Shown piece after piece: positions 50,879 to 61,008 of a stretch of DNA of 64,000 nucleotides. The translations under genes and the position numbers were made by a program. The stretch spans positions 154,603-218,602 of the forward strand of contig CP066222.1 of the NCBI GenBank assembly GCA_022558485.1. The letters are read 5' to 3'. Positions within the stretch are counted from its first letter, which is position 1. Each line of letters opens with the position of its first letter. The DNA is from a gamma proteobacterium endosymbiont of Trioza apicalis. Its GTDB lineage: Bacteria; Pseudomonadota; Gammaproteobacteria; Enterobacterales; G022558485. The notes beneath the pieces were generated by a model. It saw only the letters and a list, made by a program, of their open reading frames with translations, had not been told where the DNA came from and did no database searches.

Positions 50879-52123
50879 TCAATTAAATAAAAACAAAATT
50901 CTTAATAAACTTTTAATTAAAAAATCAATATCTTTAAAATTTATATACATAGCTAAAGATATACGACACATACCAGAAACATTGTAAAAATTCATTAATG
51001 GCATAGCACAATGATGACCAGTCCTTATAGCTATTCCGTATTGATCAAGAAAACAAGAAATATCATAAGGATGATATTTATCAATATTAAAAGATATTAC
51101 ACCTATACGATCATATAAACCATAAAATCTTAAACCTGGAATTTTAAATAACATAACTATAGCATAACGCATTAATTCATATTCATAAACATGAATATTA
51201 ATCAAACCTATTTTCAAAATATAAACAAAAGCAGCTCCTAATCCTATTATACCTACAATATTAGGTGAGCCAGCTTCAAAACGCCAAGGAGATTCATTAA
51301 AAATAACAATTTTTTCTACTAAACTTACTTTATTTATCATAGATCCACCTCCTTCCCAAGGAGGCATAATATCAAATAACATTTTTTTTCCATAAAGAAT
51401 ACCAATACCAGATGGACCATAGAATTTATGTCCAGAAAAAACATAAAAATCACAATCTAATATTTGCATATCTATATTTTGATGTATAATACCTTGAGCA
51501 CCATCTATAACAATAATAGAATTACTTAAAGTACGTATTATAGATATTAATACCAATAAAGGATTTAATATACCTAAAACATTAGACAATTGAGTTATAG
51601 AAAATATTCGAGTATTTTTATTTATAAAAAAATGTAATTTAGATAAATCTATAATACCTTCTAATAATAACGGTATATAACACAACGTTATTTTTTTTTC
51701 TTTAATTAATATCTGCCAAGGAACAATATTAGCATGATGTTCCATTTCAGTTATTAAAATATTGTCACCAAATTGCAAATAACAACGACACCAACTATTA
51801 ACAACTAAATTAATCCCTTCAGTAGAACCTTTAATAAAAACAATTTCTTCATTTAAATTTGAATTAATAAAATTAGCTATATTTTTTCTTATATTTTCCA
51901 TATAAGTAGTAGCTTTATTACTTAATAAATATAAACCACGATGAACTGAAGAATATTTTTTACAATAAAAATTATTAGAACATAAAATAACATCATTTGG
52001 TTTTTGTGAACTAGCTGCACTATCAAGATAAATTAATGGATAATTATTTACATATTGTGTTAAAATTGGAAAATCTAAACGTACTTTTTCAATTGGATAA
52101 CTCATTATTATATCGAACTCCAA
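50879..52123 (-). CDS. sufS: Cysteine desulfurase SufS
   Basis: 414-aa ORF with YLDSAASSQKP, the PLP-lysine in FSGHKFYGPSGIGILYG and the catalytic Cys in RTGHHCAMPL. The likely true start is the internal ATG at 52105 (MSYPIEKVRLDFP, matching E. coli MIFSVDKVRADFP). Confidence 0.95.
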   Translation of the reverse strand: MEFDIIMSYPIEKVRLDFPILTQYVNNYPLIYLDSAASSQKPNDVILCSNNFYCKKYSSVHRGLYLLSNKATTYMENIRKNIANFINSNLNEEIVFIKGSTEGINLVVNSWCRCYLQFGDNILITEMEHHANIVPWQILIKEKKITLCYIPLLLEGIIDLSKLHFFINKNTRIFSITQLSNVLGILNPLLVLISIIRTLSNSIIVIDGAQGIIHQNIDMQILDCDFYVFSGHKFYGPSGIGILYGKKMLFDIMPPWEGGGSMINKVSLVEKIVIFNESPWRFEAGSPNIVGIIGLGAAFVYILKIGLINIHVYEYELMRYAIVMLFKIPGLRFYGLYDRIGVISFNIDKYHPYDISCFLDQYGIAIRTGHHCAMPLMNFYNVSGMCRISLAMYINFKDIDFLIKSLLRILFLFN

Positions 52124-53402
52124 AAAAATTTCGAGTAATAAATAAAAATAAAAAAATAATTAATTTATTACAATTAATTATTTTTATTATTTCTGACGCA
52201 AAACCATAAATAATTATTTTATAAGAATTAAAATAAGAAATACCACGAGATTGCAAATAAAATAATTGATTTTTATCAATCTGTAAAACAGTAACACCAT
52301 GATTGCATTTAACATCATCAGTATAAATTTCTAAATATGGTTTTGTATTTATCTCAGATAAATTATTCAATAATAAATTATGATTAATCATTAAACTTTC
52401 AGTTTTAATTATATTTTTAAATATTTTTATTAAACCATAAAATATTAATTTACAACAATAAAATAATATAATTTTATATAATTGATAACTAAAACAAAAA
52501 TTTTTTTTATGCTCAATATAAGTATTAATATTAATTATACTATATTTAAAAGGAATACATAAAGTATAAATAAAAAAATTTGATCTCTTAGAATTAAATT
52601 TAATATTAAAATTATAATAATTTAAAATACCACTAAAAATAAATATTTTATATATTATAGTAGAAGAATAATAAACATTAATATCATTATAATCAAAAAA
52701 ATAATTTAAATTATTTTCAGATATTAATTTTGTATAATTCAAAAAAGCAATATTAGAAACACTAATACTAGTTCTTGAAATACAAAAACAATATTTTTTA
52801 GAAAAACTTACAAAATGCTCAATAATTTTACCTTTGGATTTAAATTTTAAATCAATATGATGACGATATTGAATCATATTTAACAATTTTTTTTTTTTTA
52901 AACCTGTGCTTATATGTAAAATATATAAAGGTTTAATTACCTTACAATTTTCAGGTAAATAAATATATGTAATTTGTCTACACAAACTCTCCATTAAATA
53001 TAAAAAAAAATCTACTTTAATAAATTCAAATAAATAATTATAATTAGATTTAATATCAAAACACCACAAACCAATATCAACATCACTTAAATACTTACTA
53101 AAAAATCCATCTATAAAAACTAACCTATAAGCATTAATATTTAAACTTAAATTATTCAAATCATATATTGTTATTTTTTTTTTTAGATTATTTACATAAT
53201 TATAATTTAATAACCATTCTATTGGAGAATATTTTAAAAATTTATCTTTTATATTTGGCAATCCAAGATATTCAACATTTAACCAATATAAATAAATTTT
53301 AGGAATACATAATTCACCATTCCTAACAAAAAACTGATACCATTGATTTAAAATTTTTAAATTATTATTATTTTGAAAGCCACTCATAACCTCGTTCCTC
53401 AA
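52089..53402 (-). CDS. sufD: Fe-S cluster assembly protein SufD (diverged)
   Basis: 437-aa ORF between sufC and sufS. The C-terminal block YTDDVKCNHGVTVLQIDKNQLFYLQSRGIS matches the SufB/SufD family signature. The start is uncertain (MSGFQ at 53387 is possible). Confidence 0.75.
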   Translation of the reverse strand: MRNEVMSGFQNNNNLKILNQWYQFFVRNGELCIPKIYLYWLNVEYLGLPNIKDKFLKYSPIEWLLNYNYVNNLKKKITIYDLNNLSLNINAYRLVFIDGFFSKYLSDVDIGLWCFDIKSNYNYLFEFIKVDFFLYLMESLCRQITYIYLPENCKVIKPLYILHISTGLKKKKLLNMIQYRHHIDLKFKSKGKIIEHFVSFSKKYCFCISRTSISVSNIAFLNYTKLISENNLNYFFDYNDINVYYSSTIIYKIFIFSGILNYYNFNIKFNSKRSNFFIYTLCIPFKYSIININTYIEHKKNFCFSYQLYKIILFYCCKLIFYGLIKIFKNIIKTESLMINHNLLLNNLSEINTKPYLEIYTDDVKCNHGVTVLQIDKNQLFYLQSRGISYFNSYKIIIYGFASEIIKIINCNKLIIFLFLFITRNFFGVRYNNELSN

Positions 53403-54108
53403 GTTTTTTTACTAAAGTAAAATCACCAGATTTTACAATAGAACCTTGATATAAAACATGAACATAGTCAGGTTTAATATAATTTAAAATACGCTGATAA
53501 TGAGTTATAATTATAAAAGAACGTTTTTTATTACGTAATAAATTTACAATATAAGAAACAATTTTTAATGCATCAATATCTAAACCAGAATCTGTTTCAT
53601 CTAAAATACATAAATCTGGTTCAAGAAGTATCATTTGTAAAATATCATTTCTTTTTTTTTCACCCCCAGAAAAGCCCACATTAACATATCGATTAAGTAA
53701 ATTAGTAGACATATTAAGTAATTTTATTTTTGATAATACAAAATCAAGAAAATCAAATTTATTTAGCAACGACTTATTTCTATATTTACGTAATGAATTT
53801 ACAGCATTTTGCAAAAAAACTTTATTACTAACACCTGGTATCTCTACAGGATATTGAAAAGATAAAAATAAACCCTCACATGCTCTTTCTTCAGGTAATA
53901 AAGTTAATAAATTAAAATTTTTAAATAAAACCTCGCCTGTTATAATTTTATAATAATCATAACCAGCTAACATCATAGATAAAGTACTTTTACCTGAACC
54001 ATTAGGCCCCATTATAGCATGTACTTCACCTGATTTCACTTTAAGATTTAAATTTTTAAGTATTAAAACATCTTCGATACTAACACTCACATTTTTAATA
54101 AATAACAT
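53368..54108 (-). CDS. sufC: Fe-S cluster assembly ATPase SufC
   Basis: 246-aa ORF with Walker A (GPNGSGKSTLS), the ABC signature (FSGGEKKRNDILQ) and Walker B (LCILDETDSGLD). Confidence 0.95.
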   Translation of the reverse strand: MLFIKNVSVSIEDVLILKNLNLKVKSGEVHAIMGPNGSGKSTLSMMLAGYDYYKIITGEVLFKNFNLLTLLPEERACEGLFLSFQYPVEIPGVSNKVFLQNAVNSLRKYRNKSLLNKFDFLDFVLSKIKLLNMSTNLLNRYVNVGFSGGEKKRNDILQMILLEPDLCILDETDSGLDIDALKIVSYIVNLLRNKKRSFIIITHYQRILNYIKPDYVHVLYQGSIVKSGDFTLVKKLEERGYEWLSK

Positions 54109-54180
54109 AAATAAAAATTCCTATACAAAATTAATTCATATTATCTTATATTAAAAAATAAGTGTTAAATAAAAATAAAT

Positions 54181-55674
54181 TTAACCAACACTGTTTTTTA
54201 AACTTATACTTAACAATTTTTGCGCTTCAACAGAAAACTCTAAAGGTAATTTATAAAAAATATTTTTACAAAAACCATTAATAATTAATATTAACGCAGT
54301 ATCTTTACTAATACCACGTTGACGACAATAAAATAATTGATCTTCATTAACACTAGATATTGTAGCTTCATGCTCTAATATAGATGTATTATTACTAATT
54401 TCTATACATGGAAAAGTATTAGAAATACATTTATTACCAACAAGCATAGAATCACACTGTGTAAAATTACGAGAATTAACAGCATTAAACATAATTTTTA
54501 ACAAACCACGATAAGTATTTACACTCATACCAATAGAAATTCCTTTTGAAATAATAGTAGATTTAGTATTTTTACCTATATGAATCATTTTAGTTCCAGT
54601 ATCAGCTTTTTGATATCCATTTGTTAAAGTTACAGAAAAAAACTCACCAATTGAATTATTTCCATATAAAATTACACTTGGATATTTCCAAGTAATAATT
54701 GATCCAGTTTCAGATTGAGTCCAAGACATTTTAGAATTTTCACCAAAACACAAAGCACGTTTAGTAACAAAATTTAATATACCTTTATTTAAATTATCTC
54801 CAACAGACCAATTTTGAACAGTAGAATATCTAACAATAGCATTTTTAAAAATAATTACCTCAACAACAGCAGCATGTAATTGATAATTATCACGTGATGG
54901 AGATGAACAACCCTCAATATAACTAACATAACTTCCTTCTTCTGCAATAATAATTGTTCGCTCAAATTGACCAGTTTTAAAAGAATTAATTCGAAAATAT
55001 GTAGATAATTCTATTGGACAATATATATTTTTAGGTATATATACAAAAGTACCATCAGAAACCATTGCAGAATTAAGTGCAGAAAAAAAATTATCATTAA
55101 AAGAAACAATAGTACCTAAATATTTACGTATTAATTTTGAATATTTACACAAAGCCTCATTAAAAGAACAAAAAATAACACCTTGCTGAGAAAGTTTATT
55201 ACAATAAGTGGTAGATACTGATACAGAATCAAAAATAGCATCTACTGCTATTTGATCATTATCATTAGTTGGAATACCAAGTTTATTAAAAGTATTTTTT
55301 ACCTCTGTAGTTAAATAATTTTTATTTTCATAAATATTTAATTCAGAAATTTTATTTTTATTTAAATTATTAGATATAGGAGTAGAATAATAACTATAAT
55401 CATTATAATTCAAAGAAGTATAATTAGCATTTAACCAATGGGGTTCTTTCATAATAATCCACGATTTATAAGCGTTCAAACGAAATTTAAGCATCCAATT
55501 AGGTTCGAATCTCTTTAATGAAATAGCATAAACAACATTTTTACCAATACCCCTAACCAATTCTTCAGTAACTAATTTAGTAAAAAACCCTTCTTTATAA
55601 AACTGTTTCTCAAATAAAGATGATTCAATAAAATTGAAATCATTAGAAACATTAACATCATTATCATATTCCAT
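54181..55674 (-). CDS. sufB: Fe-S cluster assembly scaffold SufB
   Basis: 497-aa ORF with YVSYIEGCSSP, AAVVEVI, KMIHIGKNTKSTIISKGIS and HEATISSVNEDQLFYCRQRGIS. Confidence 0.95.
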   Translation of the reverse strand: MEYDNDVNVSNDFNFIESSLFEKQFYKEGFFTKLVTEELVRGIGKNVVYAISLKRFEPNWMLKFRLNAYKSWIIMKEPHWLNANYTSLNYNDYSYYSTPISNNLNKNKISELNIYENKNYLTTEVKNTFNKLGIPTNDNDQIAVDAIFDSVSVSTTYCNKLSQQGVIFCSFNEALCKYSKLIRKYLGTIVSFNDNFFSALNSAMVSDGTFVYIPKNIYCPIELSTYFRINSFKTGQFERTIIIAEEGSYVSYIEGCSSPSRDNYQLHAAVVEVIIFKNAIVRYSTVQNWSVGDNLNKGILNFVTKRALCFGENSKMSWTQSETGSIITWKYPSVILYGNNSIGEFFSVTLTNGYQKADTGTKMIHIGKNTKSTIISKGISIGMSVNTYRGLLKIMFNAVNSRNFTQCDSMLVGNKCISNTFPCIEISNNTSILEHEATISSVNEDQLFYCRQRGISKDTALILIINGFCKNIFYKLPLEFSVEAQKLLSISLKNSVG

Positions 55675-55683
55675 AATTTTAAA

Positions 55684-56067
55684 TTATTTAAAACCAAAAC
55701 TCTCACCACAACCACATGCATATTGAGCCTTAGGATTATTAAATTTAAAAACACAGTTCAAACCTTCTCTTATATAATCAAGTTTAGTGCCATCTATTAA
55801 TGGCATAATTTCAAAAGGAACATATAATTTAATACTTTTACATTTATATAATAAATCGTAATCATTTAATTTATAAATTTTTTCTAAAAAATAACTATAA
55901 CCAGCACAACCTGATTTCTTAATATTAAGACACAATCCAATTATAGAAATTTCCTCACTAATTAATTTATTAATTTGCTTAGAAGCTGAATTAGTCAATA
56001 ATAAACCATTCCATACTTTATTTTTAATTAAAGAAGAAGAATCTTTATTATTTTTAAATAATTTCAT
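55684..56067 (-). CDS. sufA: A-type Fe-S carrier SufA
   Basis: 127-aa ORF with GCAGYSY and the C-terminal CGCGESF motif. The first gene of the suf operon by position. Confidence 0.9.
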   Translation of the reverse strand: MKLFKNNKDSSSLIKNKVWNGLLLTNSASKQINKLISEEISIIGLCLNIKKSGCAGYSYFLEKIYKLNDYDLLYKCKSIKLYVPFEIMPLIDGTKLDYIREGLNCVFKFNNPKAQYACGCGESFGFK

Positions 56068-56283
56068 TAAATTTATCCCATAAATGTATAATTAATTAAT
56101 TATTCAGTGAATTTTAAACAAAAAATTTTAACTTACATTTAAATTAAATTAAATTAATAAGTTATTTTTATGATATAATAAATATTCATTATATTAATAA
56201 ATTATTAACTATGTTAAAATTAAAAAAAACAAATTTACTTTATAAATAAATATAAATTTTATTTAATAAAAATATAAAAAAAT

Positions 56284-57375
56284 ATGAATTATAAAATATT
56301 AGCAAATAAGTGGAGGCCTAAAACATTTAACGATGTAGTTGGCCAAGAACATGTAATAAAAGCTCTTATAAATAGTATTAATTCAGGTAAAATACATCAT
56401 ACATATTTATTATCAGGAACAAGAGGTATTGGAAAAACTACCATAGCACGTTTATTAAATAAATCATTAAACTGCGAAAATGGAATAACAGTAAACCCAT
56501 GTAATAAATGTATAAATTGTCATGAAATAAACCATGATAAATTTATAGATTTTATTGAAATTGATGCAGCATCAAAAACTAAAGTAGAAGATATTAAAGA
56601 AATTATAGATAATATTGAATATACTACAAGCAGAGGTAGGTTTAAAATTTATCTTATAGATGAAGTCCATATGTTATCTAAATATAGCTTCAATGCATTA
56701 TTAAAAACATTAGAAGAACCACCTAGTCATGTTAAATTTATATTAGCAACAACAAATCCAAATAAGATACCCAACACAATTTTATCTAGATGTTTACAAT
56801 TTTATTTAAACGCTTTTAATCCTATACAAATTTATAAACAAATTGAAAAAATATTAAAATTAGAAAATATTAAGGCAGAATCATTAGCTATAAAATTAAT
56901 AGCGAAAAATGCCAATGGTAGTATGAGAGATGCTTTAAATATTACAGATCAAGCTATAGCTATAAACAAAAAAAAAATAAAAGTAGATACGATACAAATA
57001 ATGTTAGGTTTAATAAATATTAATCAACCATTAACATTATTAGAAATATTAATTAAAGCTAATAGTGAAATGTTACTTCTACAACTAAACAAATATAACT
57101 TAAATGGAGTACAATATAAAAATATAATAATAGAAATGTTATCATTATTACATCATATTGCAATAAAAAAAATAACAAATAATACAAAAACAAAAAAACC
57201 TAATAGATTACAAAAATTAATTTCAGAATTTTCCTTAAAAGAAATACATTTTTTTTATAAAATACTCATAAAAGGAAATAAAGAATTAAAATATGCTAAA
57301 AATTATAAAATGGGAGTAGAAATGATATTACTACGTATAATAACCTTTCATCCTAGAAATAAAAATAATAAATAA
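56284..57375 (+). CDS. dnaX: DNA polymerase III clamp-loader subunit, gamma-length (domains I-III only)
   Basis: 363-aa ORF with LANKWRPKTFNDVVGQEHV, Walker A (GTRGIGKTTIARL), the zinc module (CENGITVNPCNKCINCHEI), DEVHMLS and SRC (LSRCLQF). It stops where E. coli tau continues for about 280 more residues. Confidence 0.9.
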   Translation: MNYKILANKWRPKTFNDVVGQEHVIKALINSINSGKIHHTYLLSGTRGIGKTTIARLLNKSLNCENGITVNPCNKCINCHEINHDKFIDFIEIDAASKTKVEDIKEIIDNIEYTTSRGRFKIYLIDEVHMLSKYSFNALLKTLEEPPSHVKFILATTNPNKIPNTILSRCLQFYLNAFNPIQIYKQIEKILKLENIKAESLAIKLIAKNANGSMRDALNITDQAIAINKKKIKVDTIQIMLGLININQPLTLLEILIKANSEMLLLQLNKYNLNGVQYKNIIIEMLSLLHHIAIKKITNNTKTKKPNRLQKLISEFSLKEIHFFYKILIKGNKELKYAKNYKMGVEMILLRIITFHPRNKNNK

Positions 57376-57501
57376 AATATAATAAAAAATTTTATTTAAA
57401 AAAATTCTATTTAGAAATTAAAATAAATATAAAAAAAACAATATCTTTTAAAAAAAAAAAAAGATAATTAATATTTTTAAAATAAAAATTAAGGTATATT
57501 A

Positions 57502-59391
57502 ATGAATATTGAAAATAAAAAAACTTACGGATTTCAATCAGAAGTTAAAGAATTATTACATTTAATGATTAATTCACTTTATTCTAATAAAGAAATTTTT
57601 TTAAGAGAGCTTATTTCTAATGCATCGGACGCAGCAGATAAATTAAGATTTTTAGCTATATCAAATCCAGATTTATACGAAAAAGATAATAAATTATTAG
57701 TACGTATATCATGCTCAAAAAAAAATAGAACAATTATTATTAATGATAACGGAATAGGTATGAATAATAAAGAAGTAATAGATAATTTAGGAACAATAGC
57801 TAAATCTGGAACAAAAGATTTTATTAAATCAATAAAAAAAGACATATCTAAAAAAGAACAACTAATAGGCCAATTTGGTGTTGGTTTTTATTCAGCATTT
57901 ATTATTGCTAAAAAAATAAAAGTACGCACAAGAGCCGCGGGTGATAAAATAAATAAAGGAACATTATGGGAATCAAATGGAGAAGGTACTTATACTATTA
58001 GTAATATAATAAAAAACAAAAGAGGAACAGAGATAACTCTTTATTTAAAAGAAAATGAAGATGAATTTTTAAATAACTGGCGCATTCAAAATATTATAAA
58101 AAAATATTCTGATCATATTACTTTACCAATTGAAATAAAAGAAGAAAAAAAAAATAAAGAAGACAAAGTCTTAACATGGAAAAAAATAAATAAAGCAAAA
58201 GCATTATGGACAAAAAATAAAATAGAAATTACAAAAAAAGAATATAAAGAATTTTACAAAAACAACTTTCAAGATGTAAATGATCCAATAATTTGGAGTC
58301 ATAATCATATAGAAGGACAACAAGAATATATTAGTTTATTTTATATTCCTAAAAAAGCAGCTTGGGATATATGGAATCGCGAATACAAAAGTGGGTTAAA
58401 ACTATATGTAAAAAGAGTTTTTATAATGGATAATGCAGAACAATTAATACCTAAATACTTAAGATTTATAAGAGGATTAATAGATTCTAATGATTTACCT
58501 TTAAATATTTCAAGAGAAATATTACAAGATAATAATATAGCTCAAAATTTAAAAAAAAATATAAGTAAAAAAATTTTAAATATGCTTACAAAATTAGCTA
58601 AAGAAGATAAAGAAAAATATCAATCTTTCTGGAAAGAATTTGGATTAATTTTAAAAGAAGGACCAAGCGAAGATCAAAATAATAGCGAAACAATAACTAA
58701 ATTACTAAGATTTACTACTAATTACACAGAAAATGAATTACAAAATGTATCATTAGAAGATTATGTAAAACGTATGATTAAAAATCAAGATAAAATTTAT
58801 TATATAACAGCAGATAATTATACAACCGCAAAAAATAGTCCTCATCTAGAATTATTACATAAAAAAGGCATAGAAGTATTATTATTATCTGATAGAATTG
58901 ATGAATGGATGATAAGTTATATTCCCAAATTTAAAGGGAAATCTTTTCAATCTATAAGTAAAAAAGATCCAGAATTAGAAAAATTAATAAAAAAAAATAA
59001 TAAAAAACAAGAAAAAAATGAAGAAAAATTAAAAACATTTATTGAACGTATTAAAAATTATTTAGGAGAAAGAATTAAAGAAGTAAAAATTACAAATAGA
59101 TTAATCAACACCCCATCAGTAGTTACTACTGATATAAATGATATGAGTACACAAATGGTAAAAATATTTAATGCAGCAGGACAATCAGCCCCGGAAATTA
59201 AATACATATTTGAATTAAACCCAGAACATAAGATAATAAAAAATATAACTTTAATTGAAAAAGATGAGTTATTTAATGAATGGATTGAATTATTATTAGA
59301 ACAAGCATTATTAGCCGAAAGGGGAAATCTAGAAGATCCTAATAAATTCATTAAACGTATAAATAAATTATTAAGTAAAAAAATTAATTAA
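57502..59391 (+). CDS. htpG: Chaperone HtpG (Hsp90)
   Basis: 629-aa ORF with [45 protein letters not shown] and LNISREILQ. Confidence 0.95.
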   Translation: MNIENKKTYGFQSEVKELLHLMINSLYSNKEIFLRELISNASDAADKLRFLAISNPDLYEKDNKLLVRISCSKKNRTIIINDNGIGMNNKEVIDNLGTIAKSGTKDFIKSIKKDISKKEQLIGQFGVGFYSAFIIAKKIKVRTRAAGDKINKGTLWESNGEGTYTISNIIKNKRGTEITLYLKENEDEFLNNWRIQNIIKKYSDHITLPIEIKEEKKNKEDKVLTWKKINKAKALWTKNKIEITKKEYKEFYKNNFQDVNDPIIWSHNHIEGQQEYISLFYIPKKAAWDIWNREYKSGLKLYVKRVFIMDNAEQLIPKYLRFIRGLIDSNDLPLNISREILQDNNIAQNLKKNISKKILNMLTKLAKEDKEKYQSFWKEFGLILKEGPSEDQNNSETITKLLRFTTNYTENELQNVSLEDYVKRMIKNQDKIYYITADNYTTAKNSPHLELLHKKGIEVLLLSDRIDEWMISYIPKFKGKSFQSISKKDPELEKLIKKNNKKQEKNEEKLKTFIERIKNYLGERIKEVKITNRLINTPSVVTTDINDMSTQMVKIFNAAGQSAPEIKYIFELNPEHKIIKNITLIEKDELFNEWIELLLEQALLAERGNLEDPNKFIKRINKLLSKKIN

Positions 59392-59394
59392 ATA

Positions 59395-59443
59395 AAAAAA
59401 AAACGACAGGTTGTTTATCAACCTGTCGTTTCAGTTTTTTTTT
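59395..59443. terminator. Bidirectional Rho-independent terminator between convergent htpG and holB
   Basis: A perfect 12-bp stem AAACGACAGGTT (59401-59412) / AACCTGTCGTTT (59420-59431) with a 7-nt loop. It is flanked by A9 (59395-59403) on the left and T9 (59435-59443) on the right, so either transcript reads hairpin plus U-tract. It is the clearest G/C-containing hairpin I found in the window. Confidence 0.75.
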
Positions 59444-59453
59444 AAAAAAATTA

Positions 59454-60443
59454 TTATTTAACATTATTTAAACAACGCTCCCAACTTAATAATCCATTAA
59501 CAAGTAATAATTCACAATTAACACCATCTATTTCATGTTTTTGTCTTAAATAAAAAAACCAATATTGCCACTGTATATGTAACGTTTCTATAGAACAAAA
59601 TTTAGCAATAATATTAATTAAAAAAAATTTATCATAATTAATTAAAAATTTATACAAACCCAATTTACATTTAATAGAATCATTAATTAAAGTAAGTAAC
59701 CAATGTAAAGACCAATCATCTTTAGATAACTTTAATAAAGGTAATAATAATAACATATTATACGAATAAATAGCTCTATATAATGTATCATATAAAATAA
59801 TACGTTCTTGCCAACGAAGAGGATGTAATATAGATTTTGCGATTAATGGACCACCACCACACAATCTTAATGCAATACGAGAAATATAAGAATTATAACC
59901 ACCATTATATTTCAACCATTTAATACCTAAGTTTTCACTTGGAACAGGAATATACCAATATAAACACCTACTTTTAATAGTAGGCAATAAATACTTTAAA
60001 ATTTTACAACTTAATATAAAATAAGTATTTAACGGAGGTTCCTCTAATATTTTCAATAAAGCATTAGATGCTTGTTTTGTCATAGATTCACTACGAGGCA
60101 ACCAAACTACTTTATTACCATTATGATGAGGACTGTTATGTAAATTATTAATAACATCTCTAATATCATCTATACCTAATTTTAAAAAATTTTTTAAAGG
60201 CTCTAATTTATAAAAATCAGGACAATTACCTAATTTCATTAATTTACAATTATTACAAACACCACAAATTTCAATATCTGTTTTTTTATTACATAATAAC
60301 CACATACTTATAAAATAACACAATATATCCTCACCATTACCTGGTTGTCCATGCAATAATATTGCATGATAACTACTTAATTGCTTATAATGAATTAATA
60401 TTTGCTTATATAATAAACTTAGCCAAGGATATTTTGATCTCAT
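59454..60443 (-). CDS. holB: DNA polymerase III delta-prime subunit
   Basis: 329-aa ORF with YPWLSLLYKQIL, HAILLHGQPGNGED, a Cys cluster (CGVCNNCKLMKLGNCPDF), ASNALLKILEEPP and the SRC motif (IKSRCLYW), collinear with E. coli HolB. Confidence 0.85.
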   Translation of the reverse strand: MRSKYPWLSLLYKQILIHYKQLSSYHAILLHGQPGNGEDILCYFISMWLLCNKKTDIEICGVCNNCKLMKLGNCPDFYKLEPLKNFLKLGIDDIRDVINNLHNSPHHNGNKVVWLPRSESMTKQASNALLKILEEPPLNTYFILSCKILKYLLPTIKSRCLYWYIPVPSENLGIKWLKYNGGYNSYISRIALRLCGGGPLIAKSILHPLRWQERIILYDTLYRAIYSYNMLLLLPLLKLSKDDWSLHWLLTLINDSIKCKLGLYKFLINYDKFFLINIIAKFCSIETLHIQWQYWFFYLRQKHEIDGVNCELLLVNGLLSWERCLNNVK

Positions 60444-60470
60444 AAAATTAATAACTTATATTAAAAAAAA

Positions 60471-60935
60471 TTAACAAATAATACGATTTTTATTAATTAA
60501 CCACTCACGTTTTTTTATAATAACACGTTTATCAATTTTTTTTTTACCTTTAGCAATACCAATTCTTACTTTAACAAAAGATTTCTGCAAAAAAATATAA
60601 AGCACAACTATTGTATAACCTGTAAATTTAATAGCATTAATTAATAAATTAATTTCATACTTATTTAATAACAATTTACGAACACGAGTAGCATTATAAA
60701 AAAAATACAAATTAGACTTTGATAAAGGTTGGAAAAAAGCACCAAATAAAAAAATCTCACCTTTAATTGAAACAACATAACTATTATCTATATTTATTTT
60801 TTTTTTACGAAATGATTTAATCTCCCAACCTTTAAGCACAATACCAGCATTAAATTCTTGTTTTATAAAATATTTATATTTAATATGTTTATTTTCTATA
60901 ATAAAACCAGATTTAAATTTTGTTTTTTTTATCAT
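60471..60935 (-). CDS. smpB: SsrA-binding protein SmpB
   Basis: 154-aa ORF with IENKHIKYKYFIKQEFNAGIVLKGWEIKS, RVRKLLLNKYEI and the basic C-terminal tail. No tmRNA gene lies adjacent in this window. Confidence 0.9.
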   Translation of the reverse strand: MIKKTKFKSGFIIENKHIKYKYFIKQEFNAGIVLKGWEIKSFRKKKINIDNSYVVSIKGEIFLFGAFFQPLSKSNLYFFYNATRVRKLLLNKYEINLLINAIKFTGYTIVVLYIFLQKSFVKVRIGIAKGKKKIDKRVIIKKREWLINKNRIIC

Positions 60936-60970
60936 AATACTTATAAATAAACTATTAAATTAAATTAATT

Positions 60971-60996
60971 ATTAATTAATTAATTAATTAATTAAT
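60971..60996. repeat. Tetranucleotide microsatellite (ATTA)6, self-complementary
   Basis: ATTAATTAATTAATTAATTAATTAAT, read directly from the sequence. It sits in the 73-nt lipB-smpB spacer. Confidence 0.8.
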
Positions 60997-61008
60997 AATT
61001 AATTTAAT

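Noticed and set aside
55572-55754. Track ORF of 60 aa (-) spanning the sufA/sufB junction
   Set aside because: It is an out-of-frame overlap of two well-supported suf genes and has no independent support.
57420-57470. A/T hairpin (TATCTTTT ... AAAAGATA around an A13 run) after dnaX, as a possible terminator
   Set aside because: The stem is A/T-only, the loop is ill-defined because the A-run can slide, and there is no following U-tract. It is indistinguishable from background.
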